This document shows positions 1 through 9,900 of a stretch of 64,000 nucleotides of DNA, piece by piece. Each line of letters starts with the position of its first letter. Within the stretch, counting starts at the first letter, position 1. The stretch lies in NCBI GenBank assembly GCA_044892525.1, contig CM097885.1:35218001-35282000 (forward strand), given 5' to 3'. The stretch is from Schmidtea polychroa (lineage: Eukaryota). The translations under genes and the position numbers were made by a program. The notes under the pieces are model-generated. The model did no database searches. It had not been told where the DNA came from and saw nothing but the letters and a program-made list of their open reading frames with translations.

Positions 1-326
1 TTCTTCTGCGTTTTCTTTGATTTCTTTCAGAATGACTATCAGGATGGTTTTCACTGGATTCTTTTTCTTTATCCTGCCACTCTAGTTCTTTTATTTTTTG
101 TTTTTTATCTTCTAACTCTTTCAATTTTGCTTGCTCATTGAAATCTTCCAACTCTTTTATAGCTTTAATTGTTGGCCCCTGTTGTTGTGTTATTACCTCA
201 TTTAATATTATAGATTCAGCATGTTGAGTTGTATCTTTTTTATTATATTTATCTTGTTCTGATTGTAATTTTTTTAAAAGTGCTAATCATTCTTCATATA
301 CCATTTTAATGGTATCAAAAATGGTA

Positions 327-920
327 TCATAGTTCGAAGGGCTTCAAGTATAATCCTTTACCATTTTTAGTTTTACAAAGGCATCCATTCTTTAAAGATT
401 TACATATTTTTTTTAAATCTTCTTTATCTTTTGAAGATAAAGATTCAGATGTAGAAATTTGATTTTTTAAAAAATCATTTAAACCTCTACCTTTATAAGG
501 ATCAAGATAGAGACCTTTGCCCTGAGACTTTTGCCGACTCCCCTCATATGGATTAAGATAGAGACCCTTTCCAACGGACACTCCCCCTTTAGCTTGCCCT
601 ACCTTCTTCATTGAATCGATTTCAGTTTGTAGTTTTTCTTTTTCTAGGTCTGTCTTTTGAGATTCTTTAGCTTTTTGAACTGTAGTTGCAATTCCTCCAG
701 CTATTCCAGCAGCACCTGATAAACCAGCAATGATTGCAGGTATTAAAGCAGCTAATGGAAGAATGCCACCTTCTTTAGCTTCGTGGAGCTTCGCTCTAAC
801 TTGTTCTTTTACATGTTTTCCAATAAAATATTTTTTACCATCAATTACTACTGATTTATTTTTATTTGAATTTATTAATTCTTGCAGAGATTCTTCAGTA
901 GAGGAACTCTTCGAGGTCAT
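327..920 (-). CDS. Adenovirus pX/mu-like virion core or membrane-active protein of the Polinton
   Basis: KEGG-ILPLAALIPAIIAGLSGAAGIAGG resembles adenovirus pX (GG-ILPLLIPLIAAAIGA) after a GG adenain-type cleavage site; three GKGLYLxP(Y/F) repeats. Confidence 0.65.
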   Translation of the reverse strand: MTSKSSSTEESLQELINSNKNKSVVIDGKKYFIGKHVKEQVRAKLHEAKEGGILPLAALIPAIIAGLSGAAGIAGGIATTVQKAKESQKTDLEKEKLQTEIDSMKKVGQAKGGVSVGKGLYLNPYEGSRQKSQGKGLYLDPYKGRGLNDFLKNQISTSESLSSKDKEDLKKICKSLKNGCLCKTKNGKGLYLKPFEL

Positions 921-935
921 TTTATAATAAACAAA

Positions 936-1726
936 ATGGATATTTGGAAACCAATTTTAAATAGACATAAGAGTAAATTTAATAATAAAGTATTTCCTGA
1001 TAATTTTAGATTATTAATTGTTGGTTCTTCTGGATGTGGAAAGAATGTACTTGTTTTGAGAATGTTACTTGAAGATGATTTTTTAGATTATAATAATTTA
1101 ATCTTTTATTCTACAACCATAAATCAACCAGAATTACAACTTTTGAAATGTGGATTTGAAAATAAATTAACTAAAAAAGCAATAATTGATATTTTTAAAA
1201 ATCAACATTGGTGTCCTGAAGAAGTTTTTCAACCTTGTGATATGGTTGATTGGTATAAGGAAAAGATTTTAGAATCAGATATTAGTAAAAAAATGATTAT
1301 ATTTGTGAAGAAGGGCAGGAGGCAATTCAAGTTTTATTCTCTAATAAACCTGAAGATGTTTTACATTGTGATTTACTTCCTAAAGATAAAAAGAATCTAG
1401 TTATATTTGATGATGTTGTTAATATGAAAAATCAAGAGATTCAAAAGAGTTACTTTACACGAGGTCGACATAATAATTGTAATGTTATTTATATATCTCA
1501 AACATATTATGCTTTAGATAAAAATTCAATAAGAAATAATTCCAATTGTTTTATATTTTTTAAATTAGATCGCCGTGATAAGAATATGATTTATAATGAT
1601 TTATTTTCAAATGTTGAACCTGATAAGCAAATGTTTGATATGTTTGTTGATAATCATTGGAAAGAAAAATATAATTATATTTATTTGGATAGAGAAGAAG
1701 GTGAAATATGGAAAAGTTTGTTTTAG
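936..1726 (+). pseudogene. Polinton DNA-packaging ATPase (A32/FtsK-HerA class) with one frameshift
   Basis: Walker A GSSGCGKN. Adding one A to the A7 run at 1287-1293 gives ...KDKKNLVIFDDVVN (Walker B) continuing into the 1424-1726 ORF with RGRH, ISQ and IRNN motifs. Confidence 0.88.
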
Positions 1727-1737
1727 GGCTTGTCGAC

Positions 1738-3123
1738 TTAAAAATCTGTTTTCTGTAGTTCATTATTATAAAATCTACCTAATATTTTTTCATTATTTAA
1801 ATCAAAGATGCTATATGTTATTGGAGTTGTATAATGTATTTTATTTATAATAAAAATTTCATTTGTCCATTTTGCTGTGAATCCTTTTTCAAATTTATTT
1901 TTATATTTAAATATTCTTACTCGGTCACCAATTTTAAACTTTGGTTTTTCAATAACATCATTTTCAATATTTACCACTTTAATGGTTTCAGGCTTCATGG
2001 AAGCATTTAAAGGTGTTAATTTTATAGAACTATGTACATCATTATTATATTCATTTACAATCTTTTGTAACAATTCATTGTTCCATTTTTGTTTTCCAAT
2101 AGCAGTAAAATATTTCCACATTTTATTTTTTAATGTTCTATTTAATCTTTCAACCACGACTGCTTTTCCTTCGTTTTCTGTTGAATATAATTTAATATCA
2201 TTTTCATTTAAAAACTTTGTAAAAACTTTGTTATAAAATTCTGTTCCTTTATCACACCATAAATATTTTGGGATTCTTTGATTTTCTTCAAATATATTTT
2301 CAAATGCTTCTGTAATAGAATATCCTGTTTTATTTTCTAAACATCTTGCAAAAGCAAATCTTGTATATAAATCTATTACAGTTAAAATTATTTTATATTT
2401 TTCAGGGTCTGATGATTTGGGCATAAAGACTAAATCTGCAGACCATGTTTGATCTTTTTCATGTACTTGAACTTTTAAATATTTTTTATTTTTTCTAAAT
2501 TCATGGTGTAATTCCTTTGCATATTTTATTTCTGATTCTGTTGGGGTTTGTAAACTAGTCTTGGCTGTACTCTCGAGGGATCTTTCAATCTCTGCTTGTT
2601 CGATAATCTTTTTATAAGCAACATCTTTTGCTTTCCTAGGAAGTCTTGCACCCATGGTGATCGGACTGTGTCCTAAGCCTATGAAAATCTTACCTTTCAT
2701 TGCTAATTTAACTAGAGCTCTTTGAATCTTTTCTTGGGTTGATGGATTTTCAATATTATTTAAATCATGAATTAAATTTACATCTGCTACATGTCTATCT
2801 CTAAGATTATTTGAGTTGTATGCAATGTCATGTTTTAAAGCTGCTTGATCAATTCTATTAATTGGTTCTTCTCCAGGTTTGGGATTATTATTTTCATCTA
2901 ATCTAATATCCAATCTTGTTCCTGGTCCAGTATAGTTGTGTTTGAATAAATGTCTTTCACCTGGATATTTTTCAGTAGTAAAGGGTTTTAATATTGAAGA
3001 TGTTGTTTTTGAAGATTGTAGATCGCCTCCTGTATGTTTTTTAGTTTTTAAATGACTTGCTTTATGATGTCTTGTAACTTGACAATTACAAGTTTCACAT
3101 CTCCAATATTTATTTAGAGACAT
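1738..3123 (-). CDS. Fusion ORF: C2H2-type zinc finger, parvovirus-VP1u-like phospholipase A2, rve/DDE integrase
   Basis: CETC..H..H; NYTGPGT and DQAALKHDIAY (Ca-loop and HD dyad); WSADL, WCDKGTEF and VERLNRTLK (DDE); KFKIGDRVRI..W C-terminal domain; no chromodomain. Confidence 0.88.
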   Translation of the reverse strand: MSLNKYWRCETCNCQVTRHHKASHLKTKKHTGGDLQSSKTTSSILKPFTTEKYPGERHLFKHNYTGPGTRLDIRLDENNNPKPGEEPINRIDQAALKHDIAYNSNNLRDRHVADVNLIHDLNNIENPSTQEKIQRALVKLAMKGKIFIGLGHSPITMGARLPRKAKDVAYKKIIEQAEIERSLESTAKTSLQTPTESEIKYAKELHHEFRKNKKYLKVQVHEKDQTWSADLVFMPKSSDPEKYKIILTVIDLYTRFAFARCLENKTGYSITEAFENIFEENQRIPKYLWCDKGTEFYNKVFTKFLNENDIKLYSTENEGKAVVVERLNRTLKNKMWKYFTAIGKQKWNNELLQKIVNEYNNDVHSSIKLTPLNASMKPETIKVVNIENDVIEKPKFKIGDRVRIFKYKNKFEKGFTAKWTNEIFIINKIHYTTPITYSIFDLNNEKILGRFYNNELQKTDF

Positions 3124-3152
3124 TTTAAAATGTTAAAATATCAGGGATTATA

Positions 3153-4445
3153 TTAAGAATCTCCCCTAACATTTTCGATTATTGAAATCTTTCCACCATA
3201 TAATTTCATTTCTATTTTCTTTTCTTCTAATATTAATGTATATACTTTAGCTTTAAAATTAGAATCCTTTGTTACATGAAGTGTAACATCAACATTATTT
3301 ATGTTTAATCGATCATCTTGGTCTGATACATTTATACAAAATATAGAATATAAATTTTTGAAATCTTCTAAACTTAATTGCGGTTCAACTTTGAAATCAT
3401 AACATGTTTCAATATAATTTAGATATGGGAATATGTTTTCATTATTTTCAATATTAAATTCCATTCTATTTATTGGATAATAAGAACTATTTAATTGAAT
3501 TTGGATTGTTTTTAAATTATCATCTCCAATCTTTTGAATAAATAGATTGTTATTTTTTTGGAAAGATGAATCTGTTTCTTTGAATCCAATCAAGATATAT
3601 CTTGGTCGGTATGCTAAATTTGCTACCTTTATAGAATATGTTGAACCCTCTGTCATACTAAATTCACTACAGATTCTATTTAAATAATTTACATTTATAG
3701 ACTTGTTGGAATTTAATCTTTCAAGGAGTTTAATCTCAGAATGTGGGTTTAATGTCCATTCAGGTATATGTAATTCAAGTGTTGATAATTTTAATTTAGC
3801 TTTTGTATCTACAGCTCCATAGAACAATCTTTTATCACCTTCTACTCTATTACAGATGAATTCTATAAAAACATTATGAAGTATACGATTATAGTTTTGA
3901 AGGAATCCAAACAAGTGTTTTAATTCAAAATAACCTTCAAATTTTTTAGATTTATAAAGTTCAGCTCTTTTATGGTAACCATGGTTTACATCTAAACCAT
4001 CTTTATCTAAATCCCCTTTATTAACATCAGGAATCCAACCTGTTAATTCACCATATTCGTTTTTATAATCACAACCAGTCAAAATAAAATTTAACATTGT
4101 AGAATATACTCCCGGATGCAAAACAGTTTCAATTTCTGATGATCCTAGTTTTAATCTCATGTTGGAGAATAAATTTGGAAAGAAATTATTTTCTAGGGTT
4201 ATATCTTTGTTTGCTTCAATTTCTAATTCTACTTTGTAATATAATTTGGCATTACAAATATCTATTGGGTTTGATGTTTGAAGAGATTGAAAAACTATAT
4301 CACCCCTACGATTTAAGTTTGCAATAGATCCTGAAGTTGGGGAGATTTTAAGTACATCATTTTTCTTGATTTCATGAGTAAATTCTTTATTATAATCAAG
4401 ATTTAATTTATTTTTTTCTTGAATTTTAAGATTTATATTATTCAT
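3153..4445 (-). CDS. Polinton major capsid protein (double jelly-roll, hexon-like)
   Basis: Intact 430-aa beta-rich ORF with LNxxGDIxF, LENNFFPNLFS, ELKHLFGF and PRYILIGF motifs; lies next to the integrase and ATPase. Confidence 0.8.
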   Translation of the reverse strand: MNNINLKIQEKNKLNLDYNKEFTHEIKKNDVLKISPTSGSIANLNRRGDIVFQSLQTSNPIDICNAKLYYKVELEIEANKDITLENNFFPNLFSNMRLKLGSSEIETVLHPGVYSTMLNFILTGCDYKNEYGELTGWIPDVNKGDLDKDGLDVNHGYHKRAELYKSKKFEGYFELKHLFGFLQNYNRILHNVFIEFICNRVEGDKRLFYGAVDTKAKLKLSTLELHIPEWTLNPHSEIKLLERLNSNKSINVNYLNRICSEFSMTEGSTYSIKVANLAYRPRYILIGFKETDSSFQKNNNLFIQKIGDDNLKTIQIQLNSSYYPINRMEFNIENNENIFPYLNYIETCYDFKVEPQLSLEDFKNLYSIFCINVSDQDDRLNINNVDVTLHVTKDSNFKAKVYTLILEEKKIEMKLYGGKISIIENVRGDS

Positions 4446-4501
4446 TTTTATATATTAAAATTTACACACACACAATAGGATTAATTAAATATATTTTGTA
4501 A

Positions 4502-4583
4502 GCCATTATAGCGGAGTGGGAATAGGCTTCAATTTTATCACCGGGAGTACCGGGTTCAATTTTCGATTTTGGTCAATTTTTTT
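4502..4583 (+). ncRNA. tRNA-like Pol III unit 1 (degenerate)
   Basis: A-box TAGCGGAGTGG at 4509 (tRNA position 8), B-box-like GGTTCAATT at 4553, ~73-nt body, T7 terminator; the anticodon arm does not pair. Confidence 0.5.
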
Positions 4584-4744
4584 CGATATTTTTTTTCAAC
4601 GGAATCTGATTCAGCGTACTGATTTTAGTATATATTTAAATTTTCAGATGGATCTGAGTGGTAGTTGTCGAGAAAATGAATAATTAATTATCAATTTCAT
4701 CAATAAATAGTCACACATTAACAACTTATTTTATATTGAGTATA

Positions 4745-4825
4745 GCTCTAATAGCTTAGTGGTAATAGCACTCGACTGCATTGCCAATACCAATGGGTTC
4801 AAATCCCATTTCGGTCATTTTTTTT
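4745..4825 (+). ncRNA. tRNA-Cys(GCA)-derived Pol III unit 2
   Basis: A-box TAGCTTAGTGG at 4752, perfect T-arm ATGGG-TTCAAAT-CCCAT (4793-4809), AGCACTCGACTGCA resembling tRNA-Cys, T8 terminator; acceptor and anticodon stems imperfect. Confidence 0.7.
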
Positions 4826-4988
4826 CAAATTTTTTTTTTAACAAAATATTGATCAGCATACTCGATTTAGTACTTGTACAAATTTTTAATGAGATTGGTC
4901 AACGGCAACTCTTGGAAATTTAAGATCAAAAACGTTTTAACTTAAGCTACCAAAAATTAATATATCCAATAAAAAAATATTTATAAAA

Positions 4989-5288
4989 ATGGATGAGTTA
5001 AAAGAAAGAATGAGAAATGAATTGAATGAAGTTAAACATAAGAGAATGAAAAGAAGAGAAGAAGAACCATTAGAATACATCAAAGAGTTGATGGTAGATA
5101 ATGAAAAGTATCGACATTTTTATATGAAGGCTGTAGATGTTGCTGATATAAGATTGAAGAAAATGAAACAATTACAGGAAAGAGTTAAAGAACTTGAATC
5201 GATTATTTATAGTCTAAAAAATGACAAAAATTCAAACCTTGATGGCGCAGTGGGAATAGACTGGCACAGTGGTTCAAATCACATCTGA
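4989..5288 (+). CDS. Small charged coiled-coil protein of the Polinton, function unknown
   Basis: 99-aa ORF with AAAAATGG start context and E/K/R-rich heptads. Confidence 0.5.
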   Translation: MDELKERMRNELNEVKHKRMKRREEEPLEYIKELMVDNEKYRHFYMKAVDVADIRLKKMKQLQERVKELESIIYSLKNDKNSNLDGAVGIDWHSGSNHI

Positions 5289-5302
5289 GGTTAGTTTTTT
5301 TT
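5235..5302 (+). ncRNA. Short tRNA-like Pol III unit 3 lacking an anticodon arm
   Basis: A-box TGGCGCAGTGG at 5243, B-box-like GGTTCAAATC at 5271, terminal stem AACCTT/GAGGTT, T8 terminator; overlaps the end of the 99-aa ORF. Confidence 0.55.
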
Positions 5303-5968
5303 CAACATAAAATAATATTAAAAATTTGAAAATAATATTGAAAATAGTGTGGGTATCTTATATTTATAAAGTACTTGTATATTTTATTTTATTTATTTTA
5401 TTTTATTTTATTTTTTTTTAATTAATTATTTTTTAAACATAAATATGAAAAAAAAAATATTGAAACGGGTGATGGTGGCGAACCGGTAATTATCGCCACC
5501 AGTCTTTCGAACACCCCCGGATCGATCCCGGTAATGTGCACATTTATTTCTCAGTTGTTTTCGGACCTCTTTCGAATTCACTTTCGAATTCATTTGTACT
5601 TTCGAGCAGCACACTTAAAACGCCGATGAAATCGTATTCGAGCGAGAAGCGAATAATAAGGTGTGCTGCTATTATCGAATTGATTCTGATGTATGAGTCT
5701 GGCCAGCTTGTATATTGGAAGAGATTTGATAAACGAAAGAGGTTGAATAAAAAAAAAATGATCCGGATCAAAAAAACTGTTGAGGGGACAGTGAAAAAAA
5801 AAAAAAAAAATACCACTGTCCTCTCAGAGCAGTTTTACTATTTCATAAAATTTTTTATTTTTAAAACTTTCAAAACCTTAAGGTGATCAGGCGACCTAGA
5901 TCATTATGAATTAGGTAATCTGATATTCTTATAACATTAAATCCTTATAACATTAAATCCTTAAGACC

Positions 5969-6216
5969 AAGTAGTGAGGAATCTATGCACCCCGTTACCT
6001 TTTCTCGGAATTACTAATCTATAAATACATCTATTCCGAACTTTTTTACTTTTAAAGGAAGAAATTAAGGGTTAATGGCAATAGGGGACAAAGTTTAAAA
6101 GTTAAAAAAAGTGAAGAATATGGGGTAAAAAAGCATATAAATGTGGAAAATATGGGTCAATAGCGCTGTTTTTTTTGAGGGTGGGGGTGCTTGGGTGCAT
6201 AGATTCCTCACTACTT
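5969..6216. repeat. Perfect 24-bp inverted repeat containing the Polinton-type terminus AGTAGT
   Basis: AAGTAGTGAGGAATCTATGCACCC (5969-5992) and its exact reverse complement (6193-6216). Confidence 0.85.
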
Positions 6217-6860
6217 TCTTAACAAAGATTTTTTCTTTTATGAAGTTCTATATTACGCCGGAAGTGCACTACGTAAACAATTTGAATTAATAATGGCGCA
6301 TAATAAAAGTTTTAATGTTTTGTGGCATTTCCGCAACCTCTTAACAATGAGTGAAAATGAGATTTTAAGAGGGTGTAAAAAATTAGAACATTTACTTGCT
6401 GATAGAGTGGAAAAAGATATTTCAAATATAGAAATGCAATATTTTAGAAATAGTTATAATAGTGAAAAATTATCATCAATGCAATTACCAAACTATATTT
6501 GCGAGAAAAATCTGTCAGTGTCTCTTCAAATTTGTTTTATTGCGTTGCGAATACTTGTAACTCTTCATTTGTCAGTAGTAAGCACAGAGCGTAATTTTTC
6601 AAAATTAAAATTAATTAAAACACATTTCAGATATAGGATAGATTAGGCGATTTATCAACAATTTCAATCACGCGAAGTTTATTAAAAAAATTAACATGGC
6701 TAATTTAATAGATACATTCGCTCAGGCAAAAGCTCGAAAATTTAAATTCATGTAATATTTTTTATGCAACAATAAAACAAATATATTTATACCTTAAGAT
6801 TTTAGGGCAGAAGTTGAAGAATTGGCCTAGGGGGCGCTCTATACCCATGAACTGGCCCAG
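6217..6860 (+). mobile_element. hAT transposon 3' remnant (dimerisation domain)
   Basis: ALRILVTLHLSVVSTERNFSKLKLIKT...FAQAKARK, followed by a GC-rich hAT-like end near 6825-6860. Confidence 0.75.
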
Positions 6861-6928
6861 ACTATAACCAATACTTTCGCAGGATTCTATTTGTATTCTC
6901 GCTATTTAAGTTTAGTTTTTTTATTAAG

Positions 6929-9900
6929 ATAACTACATCAAAAGTGCATCATCCAGAACCCAATTTCGGTATTCTTGATAATTTAGGTTGGGGAAATTTG
7001 GATCCGTCAGAAAAATTCATTGTCTCAACTAGAGTTAGAGTGGGAAGGACAGTCCAAGGATTCGCTTTTGCTCCACTTATAACAAAAACAGAAAGAATGG
7101 AACTTGAACAAAGAGTAATACATCTTAATTATTTTCAAAATGATATTTACTTCATAGTTTTATTAAGATAGTTAAAGCTTTCAATCAAATGTCGGAAGAA
7201 CTTAATGGAAATTATTATCCACTTTCTACAATGAACCGGTACACTTATGATAAATTGGTGGCAGATCACTTTTTGTTTAGAGATGATGACAGGTAAATTT
7301 GTTTTCAGATACTACTATACAGGTGTTGATAGGGAGTTCTCGGAGTCAGGGTCATATAATAATTTCCATAACATTTTGGTCACAGAAATATCCACTCTTA
7401 CTCTCATTTTAAAATTTTCCAATCACGGAGTCAAGTCTTTTGATGTATAATGGATGTTACGGATATTCAAATAACTAATTTATAAATAAAATATATATTG
7501 TATTATAAGTATCAAATACTATTATATAGTAAAAGCATAATAAGTATAAATGCTGGCACGCATTATTATCATTATTAATTAATTAATTAATTCGCCATTT
7601 AAATCGGTGGTTTGAATATAACCAATTATTACGCAAGCAATTTATATTTGAATATATCTTTAAGCAATTAGACTTACATTATTAATATTTACGACGGTAG
7701 CGTCGATTTAGAAGTTTTTATTGGAGAATACAAAAGGTATTTCCAATTATGTGGACTAGAACAATCCAGTCAAAGTATGATGATCAAATGTTTGATCGCA
7801 AGAAAGTGGTTGCTGATTTATGAATCAATAGAAGAAAATGAAATTTGTTTCGAAGACAGATTGAAAAAGGCTTCCAAGAACCCAACGACGTTGATAGGGG
7901 ATTTCCTAAAAACCATTTGAGTCTAACTTGATAAAAGAGCTTTCAAATAATCACAATATACAGCTACAATTTTCTAGCCCTTATCATCATAACACTAATG
8001 GTTTGATTGAAAAACAATTTTGAACAATACGAGATTTTATCAGGACATCATTAAAAGATAAATTTAAGAGGAATTGTGTTAAAGTGTTACCCGAAATTGA
8101 GTTTACTTTAAATGCTACTATTCAAAGTAGAATAGAAAATAGTCCATCAGAAACAGTATTTGGTTTCCGGATATCTATAGAATGGAACAATAATAAAAGA
8201 ATATACGATAGAAGTAAAATAGTGAAAGAAGTGCAATAAAAACAAATAAATTTAAATTATAAAAATGAGAACCGGATACACTGAGAATTTGATATAAATG
8301 AAGAAGTTTTAGTTAAAGTATATGTCAGAATAAAAAAGAAGACCGATATATAGGACCTTTTTTCGTTGTTAAAAAGATCCATGCAAATATTTATGAATTA
8401 CGAGACAGAGATGGAAAAATTATAATTCGCAACGTTGAATGGTTAAAACCTTTAAACAGGAAAGATGTTAGGGATATTTAAATAACTAATTTATCAATAA
8501 AATATATATTGTATTATAAGTATCAAATACTATTATATAGTAAAGGCATAATAAGTATAAATGCTGGCACGCATAATTACCATTATTATTAAATTAATTA
8601 ATTCATCATTTAAATCGGTTGTTTGAATAATACCAATTATTATGCAAGCAGTTGATATTTGAATATATCTTTAAGCAATTAGACTTAAATTATTAACAGT
8701 GGATGAGTTGGATCATAATTTGAAATATCCAATAGATTGTCATTGATCATTTCAAGTAAAAGAAAATTTAACTTACAATTTTTAATTTCAAGAAAAAATC
8801 TGTATCGCCCGCTGCAATATTGATTATACAATTTAATTGGTTTCTATATTTCTGTAATTAAACATACTGCAACTAATACATTCTAAGTTTTGATAAATCA
8901 AGTACAGATTGACCAATATAGCTTGGCTTATCTAAACACACCACATCTTTATGTAACAATACAGCAAAGAAGTCTTCCGCAATCTTGATAAATTTTCGAA
9001 AAGTTGGCTCAGATGCGTACTTAACGAACTTTTAAGCAGAGTCGTATAATGTGAGATTCATTCGCTTCTTTAAATTTTCCCATATAAACTTCAACAATTT
9101 ATTATAGTTTTTATCTAATGTATTTGTTGATTTGACTCACAATTCAGTGTTTGCTTCCACATATTTCTTGAAAGTGGGTGCTTGTTTAAACCGGCAACGT
9201 ACTACATAATTTTTTTAGGATATGATGATGGTTTACGAACTTCAAAATACCGTGGATAGAAACTTCATAGAAATTATAATTTTGGTTATATCACTTTAAC
9301 ACTACAAAATCGACAAACTTTCATCACTTAATGGAATATATGATTTAGTAATCAAAGAAGACTTATATAACTTAATGCTTTCCACCCTTTTCAACAAATG
9401 TCAACTTTTTAAAATTTAAAGAAATTATTTTATTCTTTATTCATTCTAAATGTTTGCCTTTAGCAAAGTTAATATAAATGTAATTATTATTTATTATAAT
9501 TATAATATTAATTATTAAGCATTATTTAATATTATCAATAAATAAATAACATATAACAATTTATTGAAATTAAAATTAATTTATAAAATTTAATATGCAA
9601 TAAAATGTATTTTTGAAAATTTAAATTTCCAAAAATAAATTTTAAAACAATACGTGATTAAATTGAATATGCATCATTCAACAGAGAAAAGCTGATTTTT
9701 AGATAACAGTGAAATTAATATATTATGTGATTAAAAATAAAAGCTATGATAATATTTTAATTTCTATATAATATTTTAATTTTACCTATATATATTTTTT
9801 ATCTATTTTTAATGAATAATGAAATGAATGGCTGGTAGACAGATCTGGCGTTTTATATTACGTTATTATTTTATAAAAATAATACATACGTTAATGTATT

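Larger units (their letters stand above)
1..6215. mobile_element. Polinton/Maverick (adintovirus-like) element 1, right-hand part; the left end lies outside the window
   Basis: Intronless cluster of a pX-like protein, packaging ATPase, PLA2-rve integrase and double-jelly-roll capsid-like ORF, followed by a GC-richer subterminal region ending ...CACTACT at 6215 (complement of the AGTAGT-type Polinton terminus). Confidence 0.9.

Noticed and set aside
1287..1293. Programmed frameshift in the Polinton ATPase
   Set aside because: The A7 run is not in X-XXY-YYZ phase and has no clear downstream structure; a homopolymer indel or sequencing error is simpler.
1560..2236. Short overlapping or antisense ORFs here and opposite the Gypsy and Polinton genes
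   Set aside because: Shadow ORFs of real genes with no motifs of their own.
4745..4817. Functional tRNA-Cys gene
   Set aside because: The anticodon stem does not pair and the acceptor stem has mismatches; kept only as a tRNA-like unit.
5426..5886. Three overlapping ORFs in the Polinton subterminal region
   Set aside because: Low-complexity, homopolymer-driven translations with no recognisable domain.
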